A stretch of DNA of 64,000 bases from an uncultured Fretibacterium sp. (GTDB lineage: Bacteria; Synergistota; Synergistia; Synergistales; Aminobacteriaceae), in NCBI GenBank assembly GCA_937915835.1, contig CALGHA010000151.1, positions 18,962-82,961 of the forward strand, given 5' to 3'. Shown one piece after another: positions 63,547 through 64,000 of this stretch. The notes beneath the pieces are model-generated. The model searched no databases, was not told the origin of the DNA, and saw nothing but the letters and a program-made list of their open reading frames with translations. The translations under genes were made by a program, and so were the position numbers. Position 1 is the first letter of the stretch. Every line of letters begins with the position of its first letter.

Positions 63547-64000
63547 TTGGCATTTACAGTTTGTGTATTGACGGCCGCGACAAAACGAGACACGTATATT
63601 GCGAGCTACATTGCTGGTGAAGCTCCTGTTACGGGCCATGACGTTATGAGCGAGATGATTACGAAGCACGACATGCCTCAACGAAGGGTTATAGCGTGGT
63701 TCGTGAATAATTATACGCGCCCATTAGACTGGATTGTTGACGAGGATGCTACGGTTGAGTTTATTGCGTCGACTTCTCCGATGGGCCAGAGAATTTATAA
63801 ACGTTCATTAGGATTTGTGTTGATTATCGCGTGTGCAAGAGTTTTAGGGAAAAAGATTAGCTTGAAACATTCAATTGCTGACAGTCATTATTTTGAACTC
63901 GAAGAAGGGAATTTTACTCAAGCCGACGTTGACAAAGTTAAAGCTGAGATGCTCGAAATTATTAAACGAGACACGCCGATTGTCCGCGAAATTTTGACGA
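63547..64000 (+). CDS. TGS/ThrRS-N-terminal-like domain protein, 5' part (possibly the N-terminus of a nucleoside/uridine-kinase-family fusion protein); runs off the right edge
   Basis: The ORF is open to the window end, with TTG 63547 lying 10 nt after AGGAG (63532-63536). Hand translation: LAFTVCVLTAATKRDTYIAS...RRVIAWFVNNYTRPLDWIVDEDATVEFIASTSPMGQRIYKRSLGFVLIIACARVLG.. The function call is tentative. Confidence 0.4.
   Translation, partial: MAFTVCVLTAATKRDTYIASYIAGEAPVTGHDVMSEMITKHDMPQRRVIAWFVNNYTRPLDWIVDEDATVEFIASTSPMGQRIYKRSLGFVLIIACARVLGKKISLKHSIADSHYFELEEGNFTQADVDKVKAEMLEIIKRDTPIVREILT

Noticed and set aside
63521-63571. A 16-codon ORF (MKNLGECYIWHLQFVY) upstream of the last gene, considered as a leader peptide.
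   Set aside because: It has no SD and contains the SD of the downstream gene. There is no attenuator-like structure, so it is most likely fortuitous.

Overview
This is a 64-kb chromosomal segment from a low-GC bacterium. About 58 protein-coding genes are tightly packed, many with overlapping stop and start codons. I recognised no rRNA, tRNA, CRISPR array, transposase or integrase. All family assignments come from motif recognition in the translated ORFs; no searches were run.

Gene content, left to right:
- 1-9.7 kb: a raffinose/melibiose-type sugar locus. It has a divergent AraC regulator, a MsmK-like ATPase, a binding protein, two permeases and a GH36 alpha-galactosidase. An unusual ParB-like/BMP fusion protein and a metallophosphoesterase follow.
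- 9.7-15.5 kb: an AT-rich, decayed type I restriction-modification locus. hsdM is broken in three frames with internal deletions, hsdS is intact, and hsdR carries a single frameshift.
- 15.5-19.8 kb: an M50 protease and a 1214-aa TamB/AsmA-like envelope protein.
- 19.9-33.9 kb, mostly housekeeping genes: C69 dipeptidase, thermonuclease, YugP-like peptidase, rsmB, a kinase-less PASTA protein, rpe, rodZ-like, lepB, rbgA, rnhB, a FliK-like ORF, an AT-rich GT61-like gene on the opposite strand, a FlhB-C-terminal-like small protein, yraN, an orphan binding protein and an orphan cbiH.
- 34.1-52.2 kb: a long minus-strand housekeeping block. In transcription order it reads tadA, recJ, relA/spoT, dtd, MBL hydrolase, mreBCD, mrdA, minCDE, rodA, radical-SAM TIGR03960-like, topA, trmFO.
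- 52.4-64 kb: guaB, comEC, comEA, DUF1015, a DMT transporter, DUF3084, rnhA, a four-module ComF protein, murJ and a partial TGS-like ORF.

The gene order resembles Bacillus and Clostridia (rbgA-rnhB-ylqG/ylqH-like, recJ-relA-dtd, topA-trmFO). The TamB-like gene implies an outer membrane, so a diderm lineage with Firmicutes-like synteny (Synergistota or Negativicutes) is a reasonable guess only.

I found no clear new multi-gene system. The observations most worth follow-up are:
- the ComF protein with four tandem phosphoribosyltransferase-like modules, next to a ComEA with a duplicated DNA-binding module and a ComEC without a nuclease domain;
- the cytoplasmic ParB-like/BMP fusion translationally coupled to the alpha-galactosidase;
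- a kinase-less PrkC ectodomain at the syntenic prkC position;
- a FliK-like/FlhB-like pair split by an AT-rich glycosyltransferase;
- a perfect 23-nt element shared by the upstream regions of the nuclease and guaB;
- in-frame relic copies of the trmFO 3' end.
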